This document shows, in pieces, positions 37,559 to 50,392 of a stretch of DNA of 64,000 nucleotides. Where the stretch lies: the NCBI GenBank assembly GCA_020891255.1, contig BQFW01000015.1:2294001-2358000 (forward strand). The letters run 5' to 3'. The DNA is from Entomortierella parvispora E1425 (Eukaryota > Fungi > Mortierellomycota). The notes beneath the pieces were generated by a model that worked only from the letters and a program-made list of their open reading frames with translations, ran no database searches and was not told the origin of the DNA. A program made the position numbers and the translations under genes. The stretch's first letter is position 1, and the number at the start of each line of letters is the position of its first letter.

Positions 37559-40278
37559 ATGGAGCGCCGACAGGAACTGGAGATAAAACGACTCAAGCTC
37601 GCAGAGCTCAGGAGGGCACGCGAGGAGAGAAAGCTGCAACTCTTGGCGACGCAGCAGCAAGAGAGTAATAATGTATGTTCACAGTGCACGCATGCATGCA
37701 TGTTGCATCTGGCTGCCAGACCACGTTTATTGAAACTCCTTGAGTTGTTGCTGTCACGAGGAGTCTTTTGGTCAAGGAAGAAGCGACGAGCACATTTTTT
37801 TTTATTTTTTTTGTCTCCTGACACGAGGCAGCGAACGAACGACACTAAAGAAAAACCACCTATGGGGACACACTTTATTGTAGGCCGCGGCTGCAGGAAG
37901 TACGATTGCACGCCGTCAGATCGACGACTTGGTCACAGCGTTGTTGGTCGAACGTCCTTCGACACCCACGACAACCGTTGACGGAAGCTCGGACACTGGA
38001 TCTGAGCGGGATGCTACCTCGAGCACCGCCGTCATGTCCCCTCCTCCCTATAACTCCAGGTAAAAGAGAAAATAGCCTGCAGGACAATTGCAGCTTGCCT
38101 TCAACAAACGGAACAGCATCTAATGTACCAGTGGTCCAACCTATCCAAACAGCTCTTCGGCAATTCCAGGATTGCCTCTTGGAGGACGGATCATTCCAGA
38201 GTTCAGGTCTGTCGAGGCCGTTGTCTTTGATATTCCTCCCAAGGTATGTATACAGCGTCTAACGAATAGGCATGACCAAAAATCAATATTGACCAAGGCT
38301 GAGAATTTTTTTTAGGAACGAGTCGTTTACAACAAAGAAGTTCAGACTGTTCAGGGCTCGTTCGAGCCACAGGGACCAACAGCGGATGAACTCAGGGAGC
38401 AGATCAAAGAAGAGTTCGCCAAGGAGGAGGCCCTCCGCCTTGAGCTTCTTGAGGCTGAGAGATTGGAAGCTGAAGCGGTGATTCCTCAGGAAGTGCCTGG
38501 TACGAAACTCGTCCAGCCACCACACTCAACAGTCCATGATGACCTGCACAGTTACCATGAAATTTACATTATCTCTCTTTCAACACTCATTGATTTAGAA
38601 CTCACGGATGAGGAGCGCAAGGCTATCTTGCATTCGACCGATTTTGTCGAGTTTTTGGATCATTCCTCCAAGATTTTGGAGCGCGCTATGAGTGAACGAT
38701 ACGACTTTATGAAAGATTATACCCTCGGTTTAGATGACACTACGTAAGTTGTTGTTTAATTGTTGGATGGGATCTACATAAGGAAGAAGAGCCGATGCTA
38801 ATGGTGAATCCATTCCTTTCACTACTGACCTCTAGCGAAGCTGTTCATGGGAACAGAATGCGACTTGTATGCTCTTTCCATGATGAGCGCTGGTCCAAGA
38901 ACCGCTCCGTAACTGATGTGGGCTGGTCAACGAAGGTAAAGACTTTGAACCCAAGCAAAGACAAAGAAGAGGTTGGCAGCTAATATCAACTTTCTTGGCA
39001 TTCTCTCTAGCACCCGGAACTCATCGTCTCTTCCTACAACAAAAACCCTCTCGCAGTCAATGAACCCGATGGCATCGTGTGCATCTGGAATATTCATTTG
39101 GCAGATCGTCCAGAGTTTGTCTTTCACTCTCAGTCGGATGTCCTCACAGTTCGATTCTCTGAATTTCATCCCAATTTGGTGATTGGAGGAACATATTCTG
39201 GCCAGATTCTGCTGTGGGACACTCGAGCAAAGTCCTTGCCCGTGCTCAAGACACATCTCTCTGTGGGAGGCCATACTCACCCTGTATACGCGTTGGACAT
39301 GGTCGGAACACAGAACGCGCACAACTTGATTAGTGTGAGCACAGACGGGACCATGTGTTCGTGGCAACTGGACATGTTGGCACAACCCCAGGAGACCTTG
39401 TCACTTGATTACCCCGCCCACCCTGTTACGGACGAGGTTGCAGTGACCACCATGGGCTTCCCTGATGGCGAAACAAACTCTTTCTGGGTTGGTACTGAGG
39501 AAGGAAGTGTTTACCAAGCTAACCGATATGCCAGAGCTGGAAGGTTCGGACTTGATATCCTCGGTGTTCATTTATCGTTTGACAAGGTAATACTGCCATG
39601 TTTCTTACCATTTTCTTTATTATATCTAGCCAAGCGGGCATCAACACTGCGTACTCGTACAAGGGACACTTTGCACCGATTACAGGGCTCCACTTCCATC
39701 CTCTGTTTGGACCCATGGACTTTTCAGATCTGTATTTGACCTGCTCTGTGGACTGGACCGTGAAGCTGTGGCGCAAGAGAACGCACCCAAAGCCAGCGAC
39801 CCCTGACAACGCTGTTGTCCTTCCATTGTATTCTTTTGAGACTGCAGATGATTATGTTTACGATGTGAAATGGTCTCCCTCGCATCCAGCCATTTTTGGA
39901 ACAGTCGAAGGCAGCGGCAAGTTTGACGTGTGGAACTTGAACATGGACACGGAAGTGCCAGTGATGAGCACGATCGTTGGCGCTGGCAAGGCTTTGAACA
40001 AGCTTAGCTGGAGCAAGGACGGTCGACATGCCGCCATTGGATCGAGCGATGGTCATGTTTACGTCTATGATATTGGAGAGGTAAAAGCCGTGATATGGTT
40101 GCCTTGATCTACTGAGGATGACCTTGCTCGTTTTTGAAGCGCTGCTGACGATTTGATCCTGTTTATTTCGGCATAGATGGCTACACCGCGCGCTGAGGAT
40201 TGGAACATACTCCAGAGGACAGTGAACGAGATGATTTCTACACAAGCCCATGGCAACAGCCTCGGAAATGACTATTAG
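37559..40278 (+). CDS. Cytoplasmic dynein intermediate chain (WD40)
   Basis: N-terminal helix ELEIKRLKLAELRRAREER, YNKEVQT light-chain site, FLDHSSKILERA, and WD40 region GGTYSGQILLWDTR..GHTHPVY..SVDWTVKLW..DYVYDVKWSPSHP. Confidence 0.92.
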
Positions 40279-40571
40279 AGCAGAGGATATGCCCTTCCCT
40301 TTCATCTTTGGGTATCCTTCTAGTTCATGACAACAAGAACATCCATGACGATTCCTTTATGTACTCGCAATCATTCATATCCTCCCTTTCCCAATGCACC
40401 AAGAAAGAAAAAAAAAAAAAATGAAAATTGATCTACTGGTGGCTTGGCAATTTTTTTCATGGTCGAGGGACAGGCAAAAAAATATCAACAACAAGAAGAG
40501 CATCCATCGCTCAATTCATTCTTTTTTTTCTTTTCTCATTGCCATCATCTCGTCGCTCTCGCACCATTACC

Positions 40572-41055
40572 ATGAACTACCAATCAGCCGCACCACCCAA
40601 GCCCGCCGCGGCCGCCATGACCTATATCTGCGCTGAATGTGGTTCTGAAAACGAAATCAAGCCCAAGGAGCCCATCCGTTGCAAAGAATGCGGCTACCGT
40701 ATCATGTACAAGAAGCGCACCAAGAGAAGTACGTCTCTTTCCAATCGAGCTCCCCATTCCGCTTTCCTTCTTTCACTTGCTCTGCTTTTTCATTTCAACA
40801 AGTCTCATTCATGGAGAAATGGAACGACCCTCTTGCATACACAGTCATGAGAACCAGAGACGCGATGCAACCGCAGCCTTTTACTTTGTGCAGGCGGCGC
40901 GGGAAGCAAAACAACCAAACTGCTGCGCCAGAGATGTTTGAATGACTCTTTTTTTCTTCAGCTGGTGAAGATATGATCCATTCAAGAAACACCCTACTGA
41001 CTGACCTTTCTTCTTTTTCATTCGTATCATAGTGGTCCAATTCGAGGCTCGTTAA
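40572..41055 (+). CDS. RPB12: RNA polymerase I/II/III common subunit RPABC4
   Basis: [27 protein letters not shown]|MVQFEAR*; one intron. Confidence 0.96.
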
Positions 41056-42027
41056 ATTCTCTCATTGCTGTGGGCTTCCTTTACTGGATCATTGGGGGGA
41101 CGATCAGGATCACCCAACACTGCCTGGCGTTTTTTGCTTTTTATTTGCGGTCGTACGAAAGCTTTTCACGTCGGGCTGGAAAGGGATCTATCTTCACAAA
41201 AAAAGGTGGATCAATATCAGGATCTGCCTCTCAATGGAACAAACAAGGGAAATCCAACAACAGCAACTATAACAGAATACAACCAACATCCAACATCAAA
41301 AACTCATCAACTTAACACACATCACTCAAGTTACCATTCCGTCAAGGTGGAACGAATTCATGGAGAGAAGAAAAAGAAACAAGGATACATCTGCTGAAGA
41401 GGGACGAACGAATCCAAGTCGCTGGCCTGATCAAGGGCAAGGAACGGAACAGAAACAGTGGACCTTTGACTGGGGTGGAACATAAGGATGAGCAGAGAAT
41501 TATGTTCAGACTGGATGAACCCACTCAGATCAACTACGGACCATCTCCTTTTTTTCAATGTCCTGGATCCTTTCTTTCTACCCTCTCACTTTGTTTCCTT
41601 GCCTATTTTTTTCCTCATCTTGAATATCAACCTAGCGGGTGGCTGTACAATAAAATCCCACTCTTTTTAAACTAACTTGGAGGAAGCTGACAACCTTGAA
41701 GCACCTTATGATAAAGCAATTGACATCGAAGACGAGGGAACTCGACGAAGGGATCACGTGTAACAGGCGACCTTCAGTCAAGGTTATCTGATTCGTTCTC
41801 CTGCTGGGGAATGAAGGAACTTCTGGTCACAAAAAAAAATACTTTTTTAAGCTACTTGGGCTTTCTTTTTTCTTTTTCTACTTTTCTCTCTCCACCTCTT
41901 CTTCTCCATCATCCTCTGTTCCTGGACTGTCATCTTGCTCCATCTTGCCTTCCTTCATCTCCGTCTACAACAAACACATCCTTCCGCGAGACAAACTTTT
42001 GAAGAGAAAAAGACCGAGAGCACAAAG

Positions 42028-43473
42028 ATGACCACCGACAAAGTCTACAGTTTGGCCGAGGTGGCCAAGCATAGCAAGGCCGATGACTGCTGGGTCATTC
42101 ACAACCAAAAGGTCTACAATGTCTCTGACTTTGTTCAGGACCATCCCGGTGGTGAAGAGTTTATCTTGGACCATGCCGGCGAGGACATTACGGCATTGAT
42201 GAAGGATGAGCTGGAGCATCTTCATTCCGAGGGAGCATACGAGATGTTGGACGAACTTTTGGTGGGACGACTGGAGAGCAGTGGCAACAACAACAACAAG
42301 GACAAGAAGACATCCTCAGGAGCATCATTATCTGCCTCCAAGGTCGGCAAGGAAATGATCACTGATGTGAACGAGGACGACCCCGATTCATTGAGGACCG
42401 ATATTCAAGCGGACAAGAAGGAAAAGTTCCTGGATCTGAGCCAACCCTTGTTGTACCAACTCTGGAAGGCCAATTACCCAAAGGATTTCTACATGAAGCA
42501 GGTGCACATCCCCCGTCATTTGCCGCATTCGGCTCGGGTCTTTGAATCGGATTTCTTGGAGGTCTTTTCCCGCACCCCCTGGTGGTTAGTCCCGGTCCTG
42601 TGGCTGCCCGTCGTGGCTTTGATCTTTTCGTGGTCGATGCAAGGGGGCGAGGCCGCAGGAGCGCTCTCGAGGGAGAAGGCCGGATCGACGTTCGTCACAG
42701 GAATCTTTGTCTGGACCCTGGCGGAATACTCGATCCATCGGTTCTTGTTCCATGTCGATGACTTGTTGCCGGATAGCACCTATTCGAACGTGGCTCACTT
42801 TTTGCTCCATGGTATTCACCATTACTTGCCCATGGACAGGTAAGAGAAGCGAACCGCAGATATGAGGAAAAAAAAAAATGTGGCATGATTTTTTTTTTTT
42901 TGTGTCAGCCCCAGTTTGGGTAGTGCCCATTTTGGGGTACATTCCAAGATGCTGAAGATGCTTTTTTTTTTGTTACTTATCTTCCTCCCCCTTATTTGAA
43001 ACGATGATAGACTGCGCTTGGTGATGCCTCCTGTGTTGACAATTTTGATTGGATCCCCCCTGTACTTGTTGGCGCATGTGTTGTTTGAGACTCACTATGC
43101 GGATGCGTTGATGGCGGGTACATACTTTGGCTACATTTGCTACGATATGGTCCATTACTCTCTCCACCATTCCGCACACAAGGTCCAGCACCTCAAGGAG
43201 ATGAAGTCGTACCATTTCAAGCATCACTACAAGCAAGCGGATCTCGGCTATGGTATCACCTCCAAGGTCTGGGATCGGGTAAGTTTTCTCCTTTTTTTTA
43301 TATTTTCTGCACTTGCTGCCTTGCTCGGAAATCAGTTGGACGGAGACCAAACATACGGAAGAGGCGGGAGCATTGTGGAGAGGGGAGATTAGGGGTTGAA
43401 TCCTTCCAAGCTTACTTATCAGTTCTCCCTGTTCGTGTGAAAATAGATCTTTGGAACCCTTTTGGAGATGTAA
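42028..43473 (+). CDS. SCS7: Sphingolipid/ceramide fatty-acid 2-hydroxylase with cytochrome b5 domain
   Basis: b5 motif HPGG, SRTPWWLVP, EYSIHRFLFH, LHGIHHYLPMD|RLRLVMPP, YDMVHYSLHH, YHFKHHYK and GYGITSKVWD. Confidence 0.95.
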
Positions 43474-43734
43474 ATGGATGAAAATTGGCGCGCGGAATCT
43501 TCGCGCTCTTTCCCGAACTTCCTCTTTTGTCTTACCGGGCAGCACGTCCCTCGATCCTTTTTTTTCAGTGTAGCATCCAACATAACCCTTATCCCCCCCG
43601 TATCATAATACATTAAAGTACTCTTCTCAAGCTTGAATGATGATTTATAATTGTGTGAAAAGAATATGAAAAGTCTGCGGCCATCAGGGGACCTCCAAAT
43701 GAAAAGAAAGCGTACGTAGGATGCACTCCCTTTT

Positions 43735-46358
43735 TTACAACACGTTGAAGGCTTCGAGAGCCTTGTCCAAGTTGCCAGCGCGAGGATCCACAACAGTCAA
43801 GATGTTGTTCAAAAACTCGGGATCGTATTTACAAGCACGGGTGCAGTCGGGCGAGAAGTTGACCTCGACCACTACGGGTTGGCAAACGTCGTCCTTGAGC
43901 ATCACATCGATACCGTAGACCGAGAAGGCCTCATAGGGGTGAGTCTTGTCCCGGCCTCCCAAGCCCTGGGGCTGGGGCTTTACGACCGCTGCCGCAAAGA
44001 TCGACTTGATGGCCTCATTGATGTCGGCCTGAATCTCGCTCCACTTCTTTTTGTCCGCATGCTCCTTCTCAAAGTTCTCAATAAACTGGGTGTACAACAA
44101 CTGGGTCAAGTTGTAGTTGCCATAGTTCATGACCGTGAAGTGCTTCTCATAGTTATCATAGTCCTCAAGCTCAAAGGGCTGGTTGGCAAGTCGGATCCAG
44201 AACATCTTGTACACCATGACCTGGAACTCGTAGCCCTGACTGGGGTCGTTCTCGACCTTGTGCGTCGCCTTCAACAGAACAATGTAGCGAAGATCAAACT
44301 TGCGACCCTCGTACAGGACGGGGGTCTGGATGTACTCCTGGGCAATCTTTGGGCCAGTGTCGCGCAAACGCACCAAAGGAGCCAAATCTTCCTGAATGGT
44401 GATTTGCAACCCACGGGCCAAGTTCCAGGGCTTGCAGATCCACAAGTTGCGGTGTCCATGGTGCTCGTTCCAGAGGTAGTGACCCACAAAGGGGGCCAAT
44501 TCCGAGGTCAAATTGTAGGTGGTCGAGCTCCAGGGGACTTGACCATAAGCGGACTTGACCAACGCAGCCAAGTTCTGCTTGAAAGTCACACACGACTCGT
44601 TCTCGAACTGGTTAATCTTCTGGCCTCTGGTCAGCTTGCTAAAGTCCTTGAAATCCTGGCTGAACCAAAGCAGATCCGCCTGATCCTCCGAATCGACCAA
44701 CTCGACATTCTCGAGCTTGCAGTTGGTGGCGACCCACTCTGTGGTAGTGTAAAGACGCAACTTGCGCGATCCTGCCTTCTTTTGTTCACGAGCGTTGGTA
44801 AGCGTCTTGGTGAAGGGTTGGTCAAAGGGCTTGACCTCGTTATCCTCCATCTTGTCCGACTCATAAACAGCAATCAACTCGGCAGCATCCTCCTCGTTGT
44901 TGAAGATCTGGAGGTAGGCCTTGCGATCAAGAGGGTCCTTGATATCGGCGGGCACGAAATCACGCGTCAAGGCGCCACCCTTGGGAATGTCCTCGATGGG
45001 GTAGATGATGCTGTAAGAGACAGTGCCGCGTCCAACATAGATGAAAGGAGCGCAGACACAGTTGGGAGTATCAGAATGAGCCATGGAGGATCCGACCTCG
45101 TCCATGATGTCTATTATTTTTGATCCGCAAAGGTTAGATTCTGATCAAGCCAGAAAGAGGTGCCCAAACAAATTCGAAATCCCAAAAAAAGCATACACCA
45201 GGCGCTCTCCTTCTTGGTCTGTCCTGAGGGATCAACGACTGCGTACTCGTAGGTCTGGCTGTACTTCCACATTTCAATCATGATCTTGTTGACGGTCTCC
45301 TGCTTCTTCTTTTCCGCAGCCTTGGCTTCCTTGTCTCCTATTGAATGGAAGGAAAGAAAAAAAAGGGTGTATTAGGGGGGAAGATAAAAAAAAAGAGATC
45401 AACGGATATCGCAGCAGTTAAAATAAAACGTACTCTTGACTTGTCCACCGATAGCCTCCTCAAGGTTCTTGAGACCCTTGGCATCATGGTCAGGGTGCAA
45501 AGTCAACGACTGTATACACAAGATGTAGGGAAACAGGTTCTATGTTAGTAACCAGTTCTCTTGGATTCCGCTGGATGTGCCTGGTACACTTGTTCATTTA
45601 CCATCAGGGCCGAAATGACATCTCCCTTCTCGTTCTGAAGGGCAATCTTGGCACGATGCTCCGACACATCTCCCTGCTTGGCAACCAAGGCGACCATATC
45701 CTCATCCACCTCCATATCCGGGAAGTTGCTAACCACTTCATCGCCTTCCTGGGGTTCATGGTTATGCTCCTCTTCTTCTTCTTCAGCGTCAACAGAGATG
45801 TCCATCATCGATGTCAAACGCTCCACCAGCTGAGGGTTGTCCAAAAGCTGAGCACGCGAGGTCTCGGGCTTGGTCGTCCAAGCGTGATCAACTAGAAAGA
45901 TGTCACTAGATTCATAAACCAAATAAAAGGCGGGGGTTGGTTAAATGGTCATGTCCGTCTCCTTTTGCTTCTGTAAAAGAGGAAAAAAACTTGTCGACAG
46001 ATCAGCCAATCCTTGTTTTTGTTTGTTTTCTTTACCCGTGCTTCTTGAGTCCACCCTCCTTCTTAACATGAAGCGAGTACTTGTCCAATGGATCTCCATA
46101 GTGGAGCTCCAAGAACTCGCCGGCATCAAAGAGATCTGCTCCAAGCTTCTTGAAAAGAGGCTAGTAAAAAAAAAAGTTCAAAGACCATTGGGGTCAACTA
46201 CAAAGCCTCTTGAAAAAGTCTGGTGGCGGTGTCTCGCAAAAAAAAAGTCTGCTGGTGAAGAAGAAAGAAAAAAACTACTCCTCACTTTACCTCCCATAGC
46301 GACTCTGGGATGCTGGCCAGTTGGTACTGATGAATCTGCAGGAACTGTTTGTACTCCA
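43735..46358 (-). CDS. TTLL12: Tubulin-tyrosine-ligase-like 12 homolog (SET-like plus TTL domain)
   Basis: QFLQIH..IPESLWE|PLFKKL..FDAGE, IFLVDHAWT, MDEVGSSMAHSD.PN..APF, WICKPWNLARG, KFDLRYIVL and EVNFSPDCTRAC. Confidence 0.88.
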
Positions 46359-46615
46359 TTGGTCTCGAGGGTTGATGTCGAAATGCGGGGGATGAAGGTT
46401 CAATGTCCTAAGGAGCAAATGCAACTACGGTTTTTTTTTTTTTTTTTTTTCTTGTCGCGAGCAAAGCGCGCGATGTGACTGCGGCAGGGTGCCACAGACA
46501 TGCAGCAAATGCACTTGAAAAAATACCCAGACATATCCCCACCCACTGAAAATTGGCGTTTCAATTAGTCTACATTTTTTTGGTTAGGCCGCTTGCTCTA
46601 ACGTAGGAGACTAAG

Positions 46616-49471
46616 CTAAGAAGAGGCGCCGCCACCAATATCTTCGTCCGATTCAAAGCTACTGGCCACGCCATCAAGGTGCAGAGGCGACGCTGTTTCT
46701 ACCGTTTCCATGGCTGTTGAATGACCAGGATCCAGGAGGGCCGATGCCATGGACTCGTGCGCGGCAGAAGCTGCTACCACGACCGCCGCCAGACTCATCG
46801 AGTGGTGGTTGGCCGTCAGTTCATCGAACCGACTCTGTGGTGATGAGGGCTGGAAATAGGAAATGTCTCTATTACCGCCATACCAGGAGACCGGCTCGAC
46901 ATCCTCGCCCATGCTGTCCTCATATAGACCACCAGTCGTGGCCGCTTCTTTGTCATCCTCCATACCTGTGACCGTCGTGCCATTCGTAGAGGAAACAGAG
47001 GCAGTGGTGGTGGTCGATGCAGTTGAGGATGCGGCTGTCATCTCTTCTCCGTAATAGGATTGTAGATTGGGAAAGGAGAGCTCTAGGGGGTGATGTGGTG
47101 CCTGGTACAGTCCGAGATGGAGGCTCTGGCGTTGGTGTTGTTGACTCAATGGGTGCACCGAGGTCGTGTTCATGGTACCGGGAAGGGGTGGTAATGTTGA
47201 ATTAGCGTAGTGTGCTCCACCGTCCTGATGGTATTGTGAACTGTGTGCATCCTGATAGAGCGAAAATGGCGAAAACAACGTGTTTGCCGTGCCAGTCCCA
47301 GTTCCTGCTACCGCGAGATCAGCTGGATTCCCTATCCTGGTAGCCCCCGCTGCTGTTGGGGTTGAGGATCCATAATTAGAATAGTCTTCGAATCTTGAAA
47401 ATATGGAAAGTGGGTTCGTCGAGTCCATAAACGATTGAGCCGTAGTGGCCGCAGTGCTATCTTCCAATTCAGCGGTGGATGGTGAAGAGGGACCAAAAGC
47501 GCGCACCATCCCCCCAGGACTTTGTGTCAAGATTGTTAGATGGGAGGAAGGGGCCGTAACCGATCCTGCTCCGCTAGAGGCCGAGGTCGGCAAGGGTGGT
47601 GGACGATGCTGCGGTTGAAGAGAAGAGGTGGAGGAAGATCGAGGCTGATGAGTCTGAAAGTGGGATCGACTGTTCCTTTTTTTCAAAGAGGGCTGCGATT
47701 GTGTGGGCTGTCCTGTGGGATTATACGTGTACGGATGACTGCCCGGGTGGTAATAAACTGTGCCGGCATCAGCCTTTGGAGTGCCGAGTGTGTAGAAAGT
47801 ACCACCATTCATTCCAGGATGGGTGCTATTATTGTTGCCCTCAGACTCTGTTGTGCTACTACCATGGTAGGAGGACGGCGCGTAGGACGAATCTGAGCTG
47901 TTGGAGATGGTGGATGCCACAGAGGATCGGCGCCTTCCACTGGCCTTTTGAGGCTTGGGTGGGTGCCTATTCGCATGACAGACACGACAGACTTTGGTAA
48001 AGAGTCCTACGAGCTCGGATGGAACGCGCGAGTATGCACTCGAGATCTAGAAAAAGCGTCCATGCACGAACAAAAGACAAAAATCGAAGCATTTATTTAG
48101 GTCAGTCAGGGCAAAGGGCTCACATCTGGGATTTTGCACAGTTTGCGCAATGACGCTACGTGGATAGGTAAGCCAAGTTGGGGGAGAGAAATCCAGGCGC
48201 GGGAAGGAGCGGGGGGGAACATGGGGTCGTAGGATAGCGAACCCAAAAGCGGTGTGGAGAGCCATTTGACCAAAAGTGCATGCGAAAAACAACAAGCAGC
48301 CAAAAAAGACGCGCCCACTGGCCCGTGCCCCCTCAAAATCCAAGAGAGAGAGAAAGAGAGAGAAAGAGAGAGAGAAGAGAAAGAGAAGACAGGAAAAGCG
48401 TGGTTCCTTCTGCCCTCGTGTGGTTCTCTTCTGTGACAGACCAACAGGGTTTGCCCTCACAAATTGAGCACCTTGGATGACATGACCCGGGTGGGGAGAA
48501 GAAAGAGGAGAAGAAAGAAGAGGAGGGGCGAGAGTCAACAAGGGAGAACAGGGAGGGGAAGAGGGGAGAGAAAAGGGTCCATCTGTCTGCACACTGGGAG
48601 GGGGTAAGAAAAAAAAAGTGCAGAGCCCAAAGAAAGGACAGAAAAGAAAAGAAAAGAAAAAACTTACTGCTTTGAAAGTCTTATCCCTGCCTCCGTGTCC
48701 TGTGGCTTCATGGAAGTGGGCTACCTTCTCGTAGAGCTTCTCCTTCACGCACACTGGCTTCCCGTTCTTACGGTCCATTAAAACACACTGTTGTTGCTGC
48801 TGCGGTTCACTACCATCTTCAGGGGTGATCATAGAGGTTGTGGTCGTGTAGACAAAGTGTTTCCGGACCCACCACCGAAACTTGGGTCCAAAGATCTTTG
48901 TGTTTTCTGGGTTGGTCAAGACCATGAGACAGTCATCAGCCATGGATTGCTCAATCAGGGCCTTGGATCTTTTCCGAACATGGAGGGATAGCAAGTAGCC
49001 CTGTAATAGTCCCTCAAATTCGAGAGGGCACACGAAAGGATAGGACAGTGACGCACCCAGGGCACCTGACGCTGCAAAGGAATCCAGAGAAGAAGACGAG
49101 GCAAAAGAAGACGCGTTCAGGGAAGAAGACAGGGAGTTGGAGGATGAGCCTGCGGCGTTGGCTGGATATGGAAGGTTGGACCCTAATAGCGTGCTTGTCG
49201 ATGATCCGATATCAAAGGACGAGAGGGAAGAGAGCGAGTTCATGGAGGACAGGGAGGGGAGACTCAGGTTGGAGGACGACCAGGGGTGGTAGTATTGGGG
49301 TCTGTTGGAGGCATCTGATGGAGGTGGTGGTGGCGGATATTGATACTGCTGTTGCTGCTGTTGGTACTGTTGGTGGTGATAGTGATTGTGAATATTGACG
49401 TGGTCAGAGAGATCATCAGAGGGGTCTTGACAGATTTCTGGTTGAGGTTGAAGATCGAACGAGGTGTCCAT
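46616..49471 (-). CDS. Integrase zinc-binding (HHCC)/NOL4-like domain protein with low-complexity flanks
   Basis: One intron (48047-48667) joins EFEGLLQGYL..KALI..KFRWWVRKHF..EKLYEKVAHFHEATGHGGRDKTFKA to ISSAYSRVPSELVGLFTKVCRVC. No DDE catalytic core follows. Confidence 0.75.
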
Positions 49472-50392
49472 GGTGACGAGAAGTAGTAAAAAAGGACGGA
49501 GGGAGGGAGGGAGGGAGGGAGGACAGGACAGGACAAGACAGAGGGAGGAGGAAGAGGAGGAAGAGGGAAGATGAAAAAATAGACGATAATTGTGGGACAG
49601 AGGGAGGAATGATCGAAGTGGAGGAAGAGAAAGAGTGCAGCGGAAGAGTGCAAGCGATTAATAAAAAAACAACATACACACTCGCACGCAAACACACTCG
49701 CTCACCACATACACTCTCTGTTGTGTCTTCAGAAGACATTGGAATGCCATCAAGAGAGGGAGGGTACTCATCATCGATTCTACAAAGGGCCCTTGAAAGG
49801 GGGACGGGCAAGAGCACGTTTAATCCCTTTTCAACAATCAGATACAAACGCCAGGATAGATCAGCATGCCTCAACAGCGTGTGGTGTCTGTCTGTGCTTC
49901 CTTCATCCCCTTTAGAGTAACCCTTTCTTCTTGCCACACCCTTGGCTGACTCCCCCTCTTTCTCTCTGTGCTTTTATGGCATTCAGTGGACGATTTGTCT
50001 GCCCTGATCTGTTTTTTTTCTTTTCTTTTGGCGTTGCCAGAGTCACGCTTCTTGTTTTTTCCTGCTTCTTTCTGCCTCTGCCCTGAAATGGATCACGGGC
50101 AAGCTAGTCCACCTCTCTCCCCTCGCATGGTGTGTACGGTTTGTGTGGGTGCGAGTGGATGCACCAAAAGATTCCTTTGGTCCAGACACTGCAGCCTATC
50201 CTCAGGACTTCAGGTCCAGTCGGTAGACCTGGTCTTTCAGTTGCCCAAAAAGAAGCGGTGGCAACTGGGCCTCAGTTGACACTGTCCAGATTCCAGCATC
50301 TGGAACGACAACTCGGAATAATGGAAGGATGCGCGTTTTATTTTCTATTTAATGTTTTTTCGTGATAGATGGTATTTGTCGTCCACAAGAAT

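Noticed and set aside
10877-43473. Possible sphingolipid cluster (LAG1 and SCS7)
   Set aside because: They are about 29 kb apart with many unrelated genes between them, so there is no evidence of clustering.
43879-45123. 414-aa plus-strand ORF
   Set aside because: It is the antisense shadow of the TTLL12 exon, caused by codon bias. The same applies to the 56466-57542 ORF opposite RQC2.
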